Positions 9,097-19,058 of a stretch of 64,000 bases of DNA are shown here, piece by piece (position 1 is the first letter of the stretch; each line of letters opens with the position of its first letter). The notes under the pieces were generated by a model. It made no database searches and was not told the origin of the DNA. It saw only the letters and a list, made by a program, of their open reading frames with translations. A program made the position numbers and the translations under genes. The DNA is taken from contig CBFGIT010000003.1 of the NCBI GenBank assembly GCA_965648905.1, positions 1 to 64,000 on the forward strand, read 5' to 3'. This DNA is from a candidate division WOR-3 bacterium (GTDB lineage Bacteria; Hydrothermota; Tepidihabitantia; Tepidihabitantales; Tepidihabitantaceae).

Positions 9097-9957
9097 ATGA
9101 AGATTGCTTCGCGTGTTCTGACCGTGGCTGCCCTGGCCGCGGCTGCGCTCGTCTGCCTTTCCGGCTGTGGTGTGCTTGGTGGCCCGCCGACTGGCATTCA
9201 GTTGGCCGCTGCGACTGACTCGACGGTCCAGGTTGTCTGGAACACCCCGGCCGAAGGAAGTCCGGATAACTACCTGCTCTACTTCCGTCCGGTGAACGAG
9301 TCAACGTTTATCTTCCTTACCGAGACCCAGGCCAACTCGTACGAGCACAAGCCCGCGGGGATGACCGGCGTCTACAAGGTGGTGGCGCGTTTTGGCAGCG
9401 ACACCTACGAGCCGGTATTCATGCCGACTTCGGTTCCGGTGCACTCGGCCGCGGTAACACTGGTTGAGCTGAATGCCGACACGCTGACACCCGGTTTCGG
9501 CTCAGGCTACGGTTGGTTGCGCGATTCGGGCATTGGTCGAAGCTATTCGATGGCCGACGCCGGCAGCGCCGCCGACGTCGACTTCTATGTTTCCGACCTT
9601 GACACCGGGCATACCCGGTTACCCTACGTCATCATCAGCCCGGACTGGGCAGACTCGATCGACCGGGGCGCACCCGGCTTCGTGCCCCGCGCCAACTGGC
9701 GGACGAACGGCTTCAGCGGTGCTCTCGCCGACGAACAGACGCCGCTGCCTAGGCAGGTCAACGACCCGGCCAACTACTTCAACTACGCAAGCATCACGAC
9801 CACTCCATTGTACGTCGGTTTCTACAACGCGGGCGAGCCGGAAGAAGACCGGCATTATGCTCTAATCAAAGTCCTGACCGTTGAGCCGCTGACCGGACGA
9901 GTCAAGGTCGAGACGTGGTATCAGCTCATCGCCGGCCTGAGGCTGATTCGACACTAG
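9097..9957 (+). CDS. Lipoprotein with N-terminal Fn3-like domain
   Basis: RBS AAGGAG, signal peptide with LSGC lipobox, V.V.W..P...Y..Y pattern. Confidence 0.7.
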   Translation: MKIASRVLTVAALAAAALVCLSGCGVLGGPPTGIQLAAATDSTVQVVWNTPAEGSPDNYLLYFRPVNESTFIFLTETQANSYEHKPAGMTGVYKVVARFGSDTYEPVFMPTSVPVHSAAVTLVELNADTLTPGFGSGYGWLRDSGIGRSYSMADAGSAADVDFYVSDLDTGHTRLPYVIISPDWADSIDRGAPGFVPRANWRTNGFSGALADEQTPLPRQVNDPANYFNYASITTTPLYVGFYNAGEPEEDRHYALIKVLTVEPLTGRVKVETWYQLIAGLRLIRH

Positions 9958-9962
9958 CGGAA

Positions 9963-10793
9963 ATGGCCGTGGACTTGAGTGGCCCGCCGCGGTTGGTCCG
10001 GGCAGCGTTGGTGCTGGTACTGGCCTGGGCCGGGCTGGTTTGTTGCGGCGGGCCGGGCCGCGTTCCTGTCAATGTTCGGCTCGAGGCCGAGACCGACTCG
10101 ACGGTCGGTATCCTCTGGCGTTCTCCGGCTGAGGGTACGCCCGACCGGTACTCGGTCTACTTCAAGCCCATGGGCGAGACCGTCTACGCGCTCGTGGCAG
10201 AGACGACAGAGAACGGGTATGTTCACGACCCGCAGGGCAGAACCGGGTGGTATCGGGTCTCGGCCTGGTTCGGTGCCGAAGAGCACATCGCCCCGAGCAG
10301 CCCGGGCACAATTCCAGTTCACACGGACACGATTGCCGTCGCGGAGCTGAACGCAGTTGGCAATTCGGGCTGCGGCTGGGACCGCTCGACCGGCACGGCC
10401 CGGTCGTTCTCGATGAGGACTGTCGGCAGTCGGGACAAGGTTGATTTCTACATTACCGATTTCAAGCCCGCGGCCTCCAACCAGTTCCCCTATTCTATTG
10501 CCAGTCCGGACATGGGCCCGTCCGACCTGGGCGGGGTGGTTCCGGTCGGAGGTTGGCGTCTGACTTCTTTCACCGACCCGCTGGCGAATGAGAATGTCCC
10601 TCTGCCTGCCTACGCCTCCAATTCGTACTTCAACTATGTTGATGTCTACCACACGCCCTGTGTCGTCGGGTGCCACACGCAGGACGGCCGCTACGCAATG
10701 ATCAAGGCGACGGCCGTGAACCGAGAGAATTCCTGGGTCCAGGTCGAGACCTGGTTCCAGTTGGTGGCCGGGCTCAGGTTGATCCAACACTGA
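9963..10793 (+). CDS. Lipoprotein paralog of 9097-9957
   Basis: Shared motifs TDSTV, PAEG.PD.Y, VDFY, YFNY, ETW.QL.AGLRLI.H; Cys after hydrophobic signal. Confidence 0.7.
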   Translation: MAVDLSGPPRLVRAALVLVLAWAGLVCCGGPGRVPVNVRLEAETDSTVGILWRSPAEGTPDRYSVYFKPMGETVYALVAETTENGYVHDPQGRTGWYRVSAWFGAEEHIAPSSPGTIPVHTDTIAVAELNAVGNSGCGWDRSTGTARSFSMRTVGSRDKVDFYITDFKPAASNQFPYSIASPDMGPSDLGGVVPVGGWRLTSFTDPLANENVPLPAYASNSYFNYVDVYHTPCVVGCHTQDGRYAMIKATAVNRENSWVQVETWFQLVAGLRLIQH

Positions 10794-10811
10794 AGTCGGG
10801 GAGCGCGCGCG

Positions 10812-11027
10812 TTGGCAGCAGACGGCACGATTCCGACGCACCGGGAGTTGATCGCCCGAGAGCTTGCCCGTCTTGAGCAGCGTGTCGACGAGGCCATCGC
10901 GCTCGTTACCCGGCTGCGTCGAGAGAAGTCTGAACTTGAAGCCAGGCTGGCAGCCGCTGACCGACTCCGCGGCGAAGCGGCTCAGCGGGTCCAAGCTCTG
11001 CTTGACAGAATTGATGGGCTGGGATAG
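10812..11027 (+). CDS. zapB: Cell division protein ZapB-like coiled coil
   Basis: 71-aa coiled coil (LEQRVDEAIALVTRLRREK...RVQALLDRID) directly upstream of zapA. Confidence 0.6.
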   Translation: MAADGTIPTHRELIARELARLEQRVDEAIALVTRLRREKSELEARLAAADRLRGEAAQRVQALLDRIDGLG

Positions 11028-11078
11028 ATTGTCCGGCTACGGGCCACAGGGCTGGCCCCAAACTCACGACGGGAGCCT

Positions 11079-11345
11079 ATGAAGTCAGTAGCAGTGCAGA
11101 TATTCGGCAGCGAATACTATGTTAGGGCCGATCGCGACGTCAGTCATGTGCAGGAGATAGCCGGCATCGTTGACCGCAAGATGCGTGAGATTGAGGAGCA
11201 GTTCCACCAGCCTTCGAGCACACGCACCGCAGTGCTGGCGTGTATGAACCTGGTTGACGAGTATTCCCGTTCCAGCCAGGAGGACAGCGTCTGGGTGGCG
11301 GCGCGGATCGGTGCTTTGACCGACAGACTCGAGAAAGTACTTTGA
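11079..11345 (+). CDS. zapA: Cell division protein ZapA
   Basis: V.IFGSEY.V, A..VDRKMREI, AVLACMNL.DE. Confidence 0.9.
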   Translation: MKSVAVQIFGSEYYVRADRDVSHVQEIAGIVDRKMREIEEQFHQPSSTRTAVLACMNLVDEYSRSSQEDSVWVAARIGALTDRLEKVL

Positions 11346-11351
11346 CAGGCT

Positions 11352-11518
11352 CCCTGCCCTGCGCGTGATAGCGGCTGAGTCTTGAGCCAACACCCGAGAA
11401 CCGGGTGCCGTCATAGAGGAATGAACGGCCACTCCTGACCGGAGAGGCCCGCAGGTCCTCTGAGGCGCCCACTTCAACCTTCGGTTCATAGACTTGACCC
11501 TACACGGCAGTGGCGGGG
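11352..11518 (+). ncRNA. ssrS: 6S RNA
   Basis: About 167 nt between zapA and rny, the conserved 6S location. Ends pair (ccctgccctgc / gcagtggcgggg); internal agtcttgagcc / ggttcatagact pairing fits the rod structure. Confidence 0.8.
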
Positions 11519-11542
11519 TTTTGTTTGATTGCGGAGGACGTA

Positions 11543-13111
11543 ATGGAATTCAACCCCTATTGGGCAGTCGGGATACTTGTCTTGCTGGGCGGAGCCGGAC
11601 TGCTGGCCGGGTTTCTTGCCGGCCGCCGCACGGCCCGCGGTCTGCTGACTCAAGTGCAGGCCGAGCGCGAACGGCTGCTTGCCGAGGCGCGGGAGCAGAT
11701 TGAGCAGCAGCGAAAACGGTCTGAGTCCGAGTTGAAGGAGGAGTGGTATCGGGAGAAGCTTCGCTTCGATTCGCAGACCGCGGCGACGCGTCGGGAACTG
11801 GAGCGTCTCGAAGCCAAGCTGTCCGAGCGGGAGGCTTTCCTCGCGCGCCGGGACAGCGTCCTGACCCAGAAAGAGGCGGACCTGATGCGCAAAGACCGTG
11901 ACCTGGCATCACGTGAGAAGGTCGCCCGAGCCAAGATCGAGCGGCTCGACCAGCTCATCAACCAGGAGAACTCGAGGCTTGAGCGTATCGCCGGCATTTC
12001 GGCTGATGAAGCACGGCGCGAGCTCTGCCGAAATCTCGAGAACGAGGCTCGGCTTGAGGCTGCCAAAATGGTCAAGGATATTAAGGAGGAGGCGCGTGCC
12101 CGGGCCGAGGAGGAGGCGAAGGAGATCATCACGACCGCGATTCAGCGCTGTGCCGTTTCTCACGCGAGCGAAGCGACGGTCTCAGTCGTCAGCCTGCCTT
12201 CCGACGAACTCAAAGGCAGAATCATCGGCCGCGAGGGGAGAAACATCAGGACGTTCGAATCCATCACCGGGGTTGAGGTAATGATTGACGACACCCCCGG
12301 TGCGATAATCATCTCGGCGTTCGACCCGATTCGGCGCGAGGTCGCCAAGCTCGCAATGGAGAAGCTCGTGATCGACGGCCGCATCCACCCGGCACGAATC
12401 GAAGAGGTGGTCGGACGGACGCACGAGGAGATGAATCAGATTATCAAGTCCACCGGCGAGGCCGTGGTGCTCGAACTCGGCATCGTCGGGCTGGCACCTG
12501 ACCTTTCGCGGATGCTGGGCCGGCTCAAGTATCGGACGAGTTACGGCCAGAACGTGCTCCTGCACAGCAAGGAGGTTGCCTACCTCTGCTCGCTGATGGC
12601 GCAGGAGTTGGAACTTGACCCGGCGCTCGCGAAGCGGGCCGGACTGCTGCACGACATCGGCAAGGCGGCGGATCAGTCGGTTGAAGGGCCGCATGCGCAG
12701 ATCGGCGCCGAGCTCGCCCGACGTTACGGTGAAGCAGAGCTGGTCGTCAATGCGATTGCGGCACATCACGAGGAGACGACACTCGACTCACCCTACGCGT
12801 TCCTGGTGGCCGCGGCGGACAGCGTGTCCGGGTCCCGGCCCGGGGCGCGGCGCGAGAGCTTCGAAACGTATGTCAAGCGGGTTGAGAGCCTGGAGACGAT
12901 TGCCGCTTCTTTTCCCGGGGTAGAGAAGGCCTACGCCATCCAGGCGGGACGGGAGATCAGGGTTCTTGTCGAGCCGGACAAAGTCAGTGATGACCATGCT
13001 CCGGACCTGGCGGCACGAATTGCCGCCCAAATCCAGTCTGAACTCAAGTATCCGGGTCAGATAAAGGTGACGGTGGTCCGAGAGACGCGGGCGGTTGACT
13101 ATGCCCGCTGA
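11543..13111 (+). CDS. rny: Ribonuclease Y
   Basis: N-terminal TM, coiled coil, KH domain (KGRIIGREGRNIR), HD domain (LLHDIGK), YAIQAGREIRV. Confidence 0.97.
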   Translation: MEFNPYWAVGILVLLGGAGLLAGFLAGRRTARGLLTQVQAERERLLAEAREQIEQQRKRSESELKEEWYREKLRFDSQTAATRRELERLEAKLSEREAFLARRDSVLTQKEADLMRKDRDLASREKVARAKIERLDQLINQENSRLERIAGISADEARRELCRNLENEARLEAAKMVKDIKEEARARAEEEAKEIITTAIQRCAVSHASEATVSVVSLPSDELKGRIIGREGRNIRTFESITGVEVMIDDTPGAIIISAFDPIRREVAKLAMEKLVIDGRIHPARIEEVVGRTHEEMNQIIKSTGEAVVLELGIVGLAPDLSRMLGRLKYRTSYGQNVLLHSKEVAYLCSLMAQELELDPALAKRAGLLHDIGKAADQSVEGPHAQIGAELARRYGEAELVVNAIAAHHEETTLDSPYAFLVAAADSVSGSRPGARRESFETYVKRVESLETIAASFPGVEKAYAIQAGREIRVLVEPDKVSDDHAPDLAARIAAQIQSELKYPGQIKVTVVRETRAVDYAR

Positions 13112-13148
13112 CGGCGGTGAGTCGACGGATGTCGGCGGTCAGCCAGGC

Positions 13149-13970
13149 GTGTCCGAACCGCGGCTGCGGATTCTCTTCCTGGGCGACATCTGCGCCGAGC
13201 CGGGACGCAAGGCAGTCGAGCAGTTCCTGCCCGGCCTCCGTCTGGAACTGGGTGTCGACTTTGTCATCGCCAACGGCGAGAACGCCGCGGCTGGCTACGG
13301 CATCACGTCCAAGCTGGCTGAGCCGCTGTACAAGGCCGGCGTTGACTGTCTGACCGGCGGTGACCACATCTACGACCGACGCGAGGGGTGGTCCTTTGTC
13401 GCCGCTGAGCACCGACTCCTTCGACCGCTCAACTACCCGGCTGAAGCACCAGGACATGGGGCCGGCGTCTTCGAGTGCGCTGGCACCCGGGTCGGGGTCA
13501 TCAACCTGCTGGGCCGTGTCTTCCTCAAGCCGCTCGACTGCCCTTTTCGCCGGGTGCTGCCGGTGATTGAAGAGATGTGCCAGTCGACCCCAATCATCGT
13601 TGTGGACATGCATGCCGAAGCGACCGCGGAGAAGCAGGCCATGGGCTGGTACCTTGACGGCCGGGTTTCAGCGGTACTGGGAACTCACACGCACGTTCAG
13701 ACCGCAGACGAGCGGATTCTGCCCCGCGGTACCGCATACGTCACCGACGTCGGCATGTGCGGTGCATTCGAGTCGGTGCTCGGCATGAGGGCAGACCTGT
13801 CCCTGCGCCGGATGCTGGAGCAGGTTCCGGTTCGGCTCCATCCGGCGATCGGAGACATCCGGCTGAGCGGCGTCGTGCTTGATGTCGAGCGGCCCACCGG
13901 TCGGGCGACCGCAATCTCCCGGTTCTGCCGGTCGGTCGTACTGAATCAGCCCGAGGCCGAGCAGGTCTAA
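13149..13970 (+). CDS. ymdB: YmdB/TIGR00282 family metallophosphoesterase
   Basis: ILFLGDI, NGENAAAG, RPLNYP, DMHAEATAEK, GTHTHVQTAD; follows rny. Start placed at GTG (VSEPRL), uncertain. Confidence 0.9.
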   Translation: MSEPRLRILFLGDICAEPGRKAVEQFLPGLRLELGVDFVIANGENAAAGYGITSKLAEPLYKAGVDCLTGGDHIYDRREGWSFVAAEHRLLRPLNYPAEAPGHGAGVFECAGTRVGVINLLGRVFLKPLDCPFRRVLPVIEEMCQSTPIIVVDMHAEATAEKQAMGWYLDGRVSAVLGTHTHVQTADERILPRGTAYVTDVGMCGAFESVLGMRADLSLRRMLEQVPVRLHPAIGDIRLSGVVLDVERPTGRATAISRFCRSVVLNQPEAEQV

Positions 13971-13975
13971 TAGGC

Positions 13976-14395
13976 ATGTCTCGACACCGGCAACTGCGGG
14001 CCGTCACTGCGTTGGGCCGCGAGGTAGATGAGTTGTTTGAGCAGTTCTTTGGACCGGATACGAGCGAGGCAGTGTGGCAGCCGCTGGTCGACCTCTACGT
14101 GACTCGGGATAAGGTCTACCTGCTGGCCGAGGTCCCGGGAGTGGGCGAGGGCGACATTCACATTGCCGTCGGAGCCGGGTCGGTGCTGATTACGGGCGTG
14201 AAGCGGGTTCCGGTCGGCGCACGTCATGGGGCGAGTTTCTACGAGTCCGAAATCCCCTACGGCAGTTTTGAGAAACGCGTTGCGTTGCCGGTGCCGACCC
14301 GTCCCGAGACCCTGAAGGCCGAGCTGGTGAGCGGCGTCATCCACCTCGAGATTGCCCGGCGCCATGCTACCGGGAAGGTAGTCAAGATTGACTGA
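13976..14395 (+). CDS. Hsp20/alpha-crystallin small heat-shock protein
   Basis: WQPLVDLY, EVPGV, EIPYGSFEKRV.LP, GV.H.EI. Confidence 0.88.
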   Translation: MSRHRQLRAVTALGREVDELFEQFFGPDTSEAVWQPLVDLYVTRDKVYLLAEVPGVGEGDIHIAVGAGSVLITGVKRVPVGARHGASFYESEIPYGSFEKRVALPVPTRPETLKAELVSGVIHLEIARRHATGKVVKID

Positions 14396-16787
14396 CAACA
14401 CCGAGCTTCTGGTCAAGGCGGGTGGCACGGGTGGGTCCGGCCGCTTTCCCGCGACGCTGCCGATTCTCGTGGTCAAGGGGGGAGTCGTCTTTCCCGGGCT
14501 GGTGTCACCGCTGGTCGTTTCGACCGAGCGTTCGGCCCGGCTGGTTGATGACGCCCTGGCCGGAGACAAGCTCGTCTGCGCCGTAACCCAGCAGGACGTG
14601 AGTCTTGAAGGCGAGGCCGGGCCGGCTGACCTGTACCGGACCGGCACGATTTCGGTTATCCTGAAGATGCTTCGGTTTCCGGACGGCACGATGCGGCTGC
14701 TGCTTCAGGGGATGAAGCGCGGCCGGGTCGAGGAGTACGTCCAGACTGAGCCGTACATGCGCGCGCGGGTTGAGCCGCTTGAGGAAGTCGGCGCGAAAGA
14801 CAGCGACGACGTCAAGGCGCTGATGCGTAACGTCGCCGAGCTGTTCGGCCGGCTGGCGGAGATGGCTCCCTATCTGCCTGAGGACATGACCGCGGTGGTG
14901 ATGAACATCGAGAGCCCGGGCCGGCTGGCAGATTTCGCCGCCACCTACGTCAACCTCGAACTGACCGACAAACAACGGTTGCTTGAGACACTGGACGTGC
15001 GGGAGCGGCTTGCGTCCCTGCTGCCGCTACTAACCCGGGAAATCAAAGTGCTTGAGCTGAGCCAGAAGATCCGTGAGCAGGCCAAGGACGAGCTGGACAA
15101 GAGCCAGCGCGAGTATTTCCTGCGCGAGCAGATGAGACAGATTCAGAAGGAGCTGGGCGAGACCGACCAGACCCAGGCCGAGATTGACGAGCTGCGTGCC
15201 AAGGTCGAGTCCGCGTCCATGCCCGAGGTCGCGCTCGAGGCGGCACGCCGGGAGCTGGACCGGCTCGGCCGGATTCCTACGACCTCGCCCGAGCACGCGG
15301 TGACGCGGAACTATCTCGACTGGCTGCTCGCCGTCCCTTGGAAGAACCGGACCGAGGACCGGCTTGACATCAGAGCGGCGCGCCGCATCCTCGATGAAGA
15401 CCACTTCGACCTGGCCAGGGTGAAGGAGCGAATCCTCGAATACCTGGCGGTGCGCAAACTCAAGGCCGACTCCAAAGGACCGATTCTCTGCTTCGTCGGG
15501 CCGCCCGGGGTGGGCAAGACGTCGCTCGGCCGCTCGATTGCCCGGGCGCTGGGCCGCCGGTTCTTCCGTTTCTCGCTGGGCGGCATCAGAGACGAGGCTG
15601 AAATCCGAGGCCACCGCCGCACCTATGTTGGCGCGCTGCCGGGCCGGATCGTCCAGGCCCTGCGCACGGCCGGTTCGATGAATCCGGTGTTGATGCTCGA
15701 TGAAATCGATAAGGTGGGGACCGACTTCCGGGGCGACCCTTCATCGGCCCTGCTCGAAGTACTCGACCCGGAGCAGAACTGGAGTTTCTCCGACCACTAC
15801 CTTGAGGTCCCGGTTGACCTGTCTCAGGTGATGTTCATTACCACCGCGAACATTGCCGATACCATCATCCCGGCGCTGCGCGACCGGATGGAGGTGTTGG
15901 AGCTGCCCGGCTATACCGACGAAGAGAAGCTGGCCATTGCCCGAGGCTTTCTCGTGCCGCGACAGGTGAAGGAGAATGGGCTTGTGCCGGGCCAGGTGAT
16001 GTTCGACGACGATGGCCTGAGGGTCATCATCAGTCAGTACACCCGGGAAGCAGGTGTGCGGAATCTGGAACGTGAGATTGGCGCCATCACCCGCAAGGTC
16101 GCCCGGCGGTTTGCCGAAGGGGACGGCAAGCCCGCGCTCATCGGCGCGGCCGAGGTGAGAAGGCTGCTGGGCCCGCGCAAGTTCAGTCCTGAGGTTGCTG
16201 CCCGGCGCGGCACCGTCGGCGTGTCAACCGGACTGGCCGTGACCCCGTTCGGGGGTGAGATACTATTCGTCGAGGCCACCTTGATGAAAGGCAGGAAGGG
16301 TCTGATTCTTACCGGCTCACTGGGCGAGGTGATGAAGGAGTCGGCCGAGGCTGCTCTCTCGTATGTCCGGGCGCATGCTACGACGCTCGGCATCGAGGAG
16401 AAGAACTTCGACGACACTGACATCCACATCCACATTCCATCCGGGGCCGTGCCCAAGGACGGGCCGTCGGCCGGGGTGGCGGTGGTTGCGTCGCTGCTAT
16501 CCTTGCTGCGCCGCGAGCCGGTCGACCCGCGCATCGCCATGACCGGCGAGATTACGCTGACCGGCCGGGTGCTGCCGATTGGTGGGGTCAAGGAGAAGGT
16601 GCTGGCCGCGAGTCGTGCCGGCATCAAGGAGGTCATCCTTCCCTCGGAGAACCGGCGCGACCTGCGGGAAGTGCCGACCAACGTGCGAAGGGCGCTCAGG
16701 TTCCATTTCGTGCATGACGTCACCGATGTCTGCCGGGTGCTCTTTCCAGACCATTGCCCGGCCAAGGCCGGCCGCAAGACCAGGTAG
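14388..16787 (+). CDS. lon: ATP-dependent protease La (Lon)
   Basis: GPPGVGKTS, LDEIDK, PKDGPSAG, TGEITLTGRVLPIGGVKEK. Confidence 0.97.
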   Translation: MTDNTELLVKAGGTGGSGRFPATLPILVVKGGVVFPGLVSPLVVSTERSARLVDDALAGDKLVCAVTQQDVSLEGEAGPADLYRTGTISVILKMLRFPDGTMRLLLQGMKRGRVEEYVQTEPYMRARVEPLEEVGAKDSDDVKALMRNVAELFGRLAEMAPYLPEDMTAVVMNIESPGRLADFAATYVNLELTDKQRLLETLDVRERLASLLPLLTREIKVLELSQKIREQAKDELDKSQREYFLREQMRQIQKELGETDQTQAEIDELRAKVESASMPEVALEAARRELDRLGRIPTTSPEHAVTRNYLDWLLAVPWKNRTEDRLDIRAARRILDEDHFDLARVKERILEYLAVRKLKADSKGPILCFVGPPGVGKTSLGRSIARALGRRFFRFSLGGIRDEAEIRGHRRTYVGALPGRIVQALRTAGSMNPVLMLDEIDKVGTDFRGDPSSALLEVLDPEQNWSFSDHYLEVPVDLSQVMFITTANIADTIIPALRDRMEVLELPGYTDEEKLAIARGFLVPRQVKENGLVPGQVMFDDDGLRVIISQYTREAGVRNLEREIGAITRKVARRFAEGDGKPALIGAAEVRRLLGPRKFSPEVAARRGTVGVSTGLAVTPFGGEILFVEATLMKGRKGLILTGSLGEVMKESAEAALSYVRAHATTLGIEEKNFDDTDIHIHIPSGAVPKDGPSAGVAVVASLLSLLRREPVDPRIAMTGEITLTGRVLPIGGVKEKVLAASRAGIKEVILPSENRRDLREVPTNVRRALRFHFVHDVTDVCRVLFPDHCPAKAGRKTR

Positions 16788-16849
16788 AGTGCTGGCCGTG
16801 CCGGTTGCCGGTTAGTCGCGGCTACCGACAAACGGGCGAACAGTCAGGC

Positions 16850-17281
16850 TCACGTCAGGCGCGCGAGGCGGACGGCGAAGTCAACGACGACATACCTGCC
16901 GCCCTTTTTTGTGACCTTGTGGCCTTCGGATTCAAGCAGTCGCTTGAGCGCCAGGATGCCGCCCGGGTACTTCGGGTTCAGCTCACCGCCGGCCTTGAGC
17001 GTGCGCCAGTAAGGGGTGATGTTCTTCCTGCCCTGGGCACGGGCTTCCTCGGCTGCGTGCGCCGCAATCCAGGCAAAGATGCCGGTGGTCCTCGGACAGG
17101 CGATGTCGGTCCGGTGTTTGCGGGCAAGGGCGGCGCGGATTTCGTCGATGGTCACGAGCCTGCCCTTGGGCACGCGGCGCATGACTTCGTCTACTTCGGC
17201 CGGTGACGGGATGACCATGGTCTTGGGCAGGTCTTTGCTGTCAGAGAGTTTCTCCTGCCAGGTCTTTTTCTTTCGGGTCAT
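16850..17281 (-). CDS. MGMT/Atl-like alkylated-DNA-binding protein
   Basis: VPKGRLVT, CPRTTGIF, PYWRTLK..G.LN; Trp-containing motif instead of PCHR. Confidence 0.8.
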   Translation of the reverse strand: MTRKKKTWQEKLSDSKDLPKTMVIPSPAEVDEVMRRVPKGRLVTIDEIRAALARKHRTDIACPRTTGIFAWIAAHAAEEARAQGRKNITPYWRTLKAGGELNPKYPGGILALKRLLESEGHKVTKKGGRYVVVDFAVRLARLT

Positions 17282-17303
17282 TGGCGCTCCTCTCGAATCG
17301 GTT

Positions 17304-18092
17304 TCAGGCGAGCAGCTCGAGCGCAACCGGAAGCTCGGGCAGCGAGCTTATCACCGCGTCCGGAGCCGTGCCTTCCCGGGGCGGACACGAGTCGTAGTTG
17401 GCCCAGACCGCTCTCATGCCAATAGTCTTTGCTCCGACAACGTCTTTGCTCAGGCTGTCGCCGACATAGACCGCCTCGGCCGGGCAGACCCCTAGCCGGT
17501 CGAGCGCGAGCCTGAAGATGCGCGGGTCGGGCTTCATCATGCCGACTGCCCGGGATATGACCACAGCCGTGAACCGGTCTTTGAGCCCGGAGCATTCGAG
17601 CTTGTCCTGCTGCAGGTCAGCCGGGCCATTGGTGACAAGACCGAGCTGGAGTTTGCTGGCGAGCCGGTCGAGCACAGGTAGCGCGTCTGGGTAAGGCTGA
17701 TACCGGGCCCGGCGTTCGGCTGCGTAGGTGGCTGCAAGCAGGTCGGCAAGCAGCGGGTCGGCAACGCCGAATTCGGCCAGGGCACTGGTCCAGACTTCCT
17801 GCCGGTAAGCAGGGGCCCAGGCGCGCAACTGCCTCATTTCGTCGTCGCTGTCCTCGAACCGGGCTGTGAGTGCCTCCCAGGAGCTGATGTCGTAGCTCCC
17901 GCGGTAGGCAGCCACTACCGGGTGCGCGCGCCAGATGCGGCGGGCAATGCGGCGCACCGTGTCCTTGAGCTCGCTGGGCAGAATGCGGTGCCATTCAGCA
18001 GCGAGCTTGCCAGCAGCGACGAGCGCCGCATCGGCCGCAGACTCATCCGGCATCAGTGTGTCATCCAGGTCGAACAGCACGGCGCGGAGCAT
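17304..18092 (-). CDS. HAD-superfamily hydrolase (subfamily IA)
   Basis: FDLDDTL, VTNG, KPDPRIF, VGDS..KDV.GA. Confidence 0.92.
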   Translation of the reverse strand: MLRAVLFDLDDTLMPDESAADAALVAAGKLAAEWHRILPSELKDTVRRIARRIWRAHPVVAAYRGSYDISSWEALTARFEDSDDEMRQLRAWAPAYRQEVWTSALAEFGVADPLLADLLAATYAAERRARYQPYPDALPVLDRLASKLQLGLVTNGPADLQQDKLECSGLKDRFTAVVISRAVGMMKPDPRIFRLALDRLGVCPAEAVYVGDSLSKDVVGAKTIGMRAVWANYDSCPPREGTAPDAVISSLPELPVALELLA

Positions 18093-18328
18093 GACGACTG
18101 ATGTTACCCGGTCACCAGGCGAACGCAAGCGCGGCAGGGATGGTCACCCTGGTACATGTCGATTCGTATCAAGAGGTTATGTCTTTGACCGGACGCCCCT
18201 GGTGCGACGAGTGCGGGGCAACGGCGGCTCATCCAAACAGCGCTGGCAGTGCAAGCAGTGAACGGCCAATAGGTTGGGCGAATCGGTGCGACGGCACACC
18301 GGTTGCAAGACAGGTCGTCAGGTGTAAC

Positions 18329-18892
18329 ATGGCTACGGACATCGTTATTCTTCTGTTTCTTGCCCTGACATCGGCATATGGCTATGGTCAGGGGTTCTTG
18401 CGCGGTCTTGGGTCGGTCGCATCGGCGATCCTTGGAATATGGCTTGCACTTCGTCGGGTTGACCTGTTGGCCGCAGTCCTGGACCCGCTTATCAAGAGTC
18501 CGCGCGTGTCGGCGGTGGTGGCGTTCCTTGTTCTGCTGGTTCTCTTCTGGGTTGCGCTGCGCGTCGGCCGGACCATGCTGACGAAGCTTCTGGACTGGGC
18601 CCGGCTCCACGACCTGGACAGCTATGCCGGCGGACTGCTTGGTTTTGCCCGGGGTGTTACCGTGGTGTGGCTGCTGCTTGCAGCAGCGCTGGCGGTATTC
18701 CCGTCGAGTGTAAGGTATATCAGCAGTTCAGCGGCCTCGATGCGGATCCTGCGACTGGGTGAAAAGCTGACCGCAACTGACTTGGAGCAGGGCGTGGCGC
18801 ACGCCGTTGCGAGCAACGGCTCAGGCGACCGGCAACATTCCCCCGCCCTGCTCCCTCAAACCAAGGAGTATTCTCATGCCAATCAACACTAA
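18329..18892 (+). CDS. cvpA: CvpA (colicin V production) family membrane protein
   Basis: DIVIL...GYGQGFLR, D...GGLLGFARG, four TM segments. Confidence 0.8.
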   Translation: MATDIVILLFLALTSAYGYGQGFLRGLGSVASAILGIWLALRRVDLLAAVLDPLIKSPRVSAVVAFLVLLVLFWVALRVGRTMLTKLLDWARLHDLDSYAGGLLGFARGVTVVWLLLAAALAVFPSSVRYISSSAASMRILRLGEKLTATDLEQGVAHAVASNGSGDRQHSPALLPQTKEYSHANQH

Positions 18893-18974
18893 GTTCCGCG
18901 ACCCTGATTCCGGCAAAGCCGGTGAGGCTCAGAGGGCACCGCCGACCTAGGTGGAGAATGGCGAGGGCACAGTC

Positions 18975-19003
18975 AGGGCCGGATGTTTCCGGCCCTTTCC
19001 TTT
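18975..19003 (+). terminator. Probable terminator downstream of cvpA
   Basis: agggccgga-tgtt-tccggccct followed by ttccttt. Confidence 0.6.
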
Positions 19004-19029
19004 GGATACAACCGAACAACCCGCCGTGG

Positions 19030-19058
19030 TTGCGAATCAACCGTTCTTCTGGTATAAT
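19030..19058 (+). promoter_or_regulatory. sigma70-type promoter with extended -10
   Basis: TTGCGA-17 bp-TATAAT, preceded by TGG. Confidence 0.65.

Noticed and set aside
18900..18980. ggcaaagcc as the start of a c-di-GMP-I riboswitch
   Set aside because: Lacks the GAAA tetraloop/receptor and second GCAAA segment, and lies at a gene 3' end.
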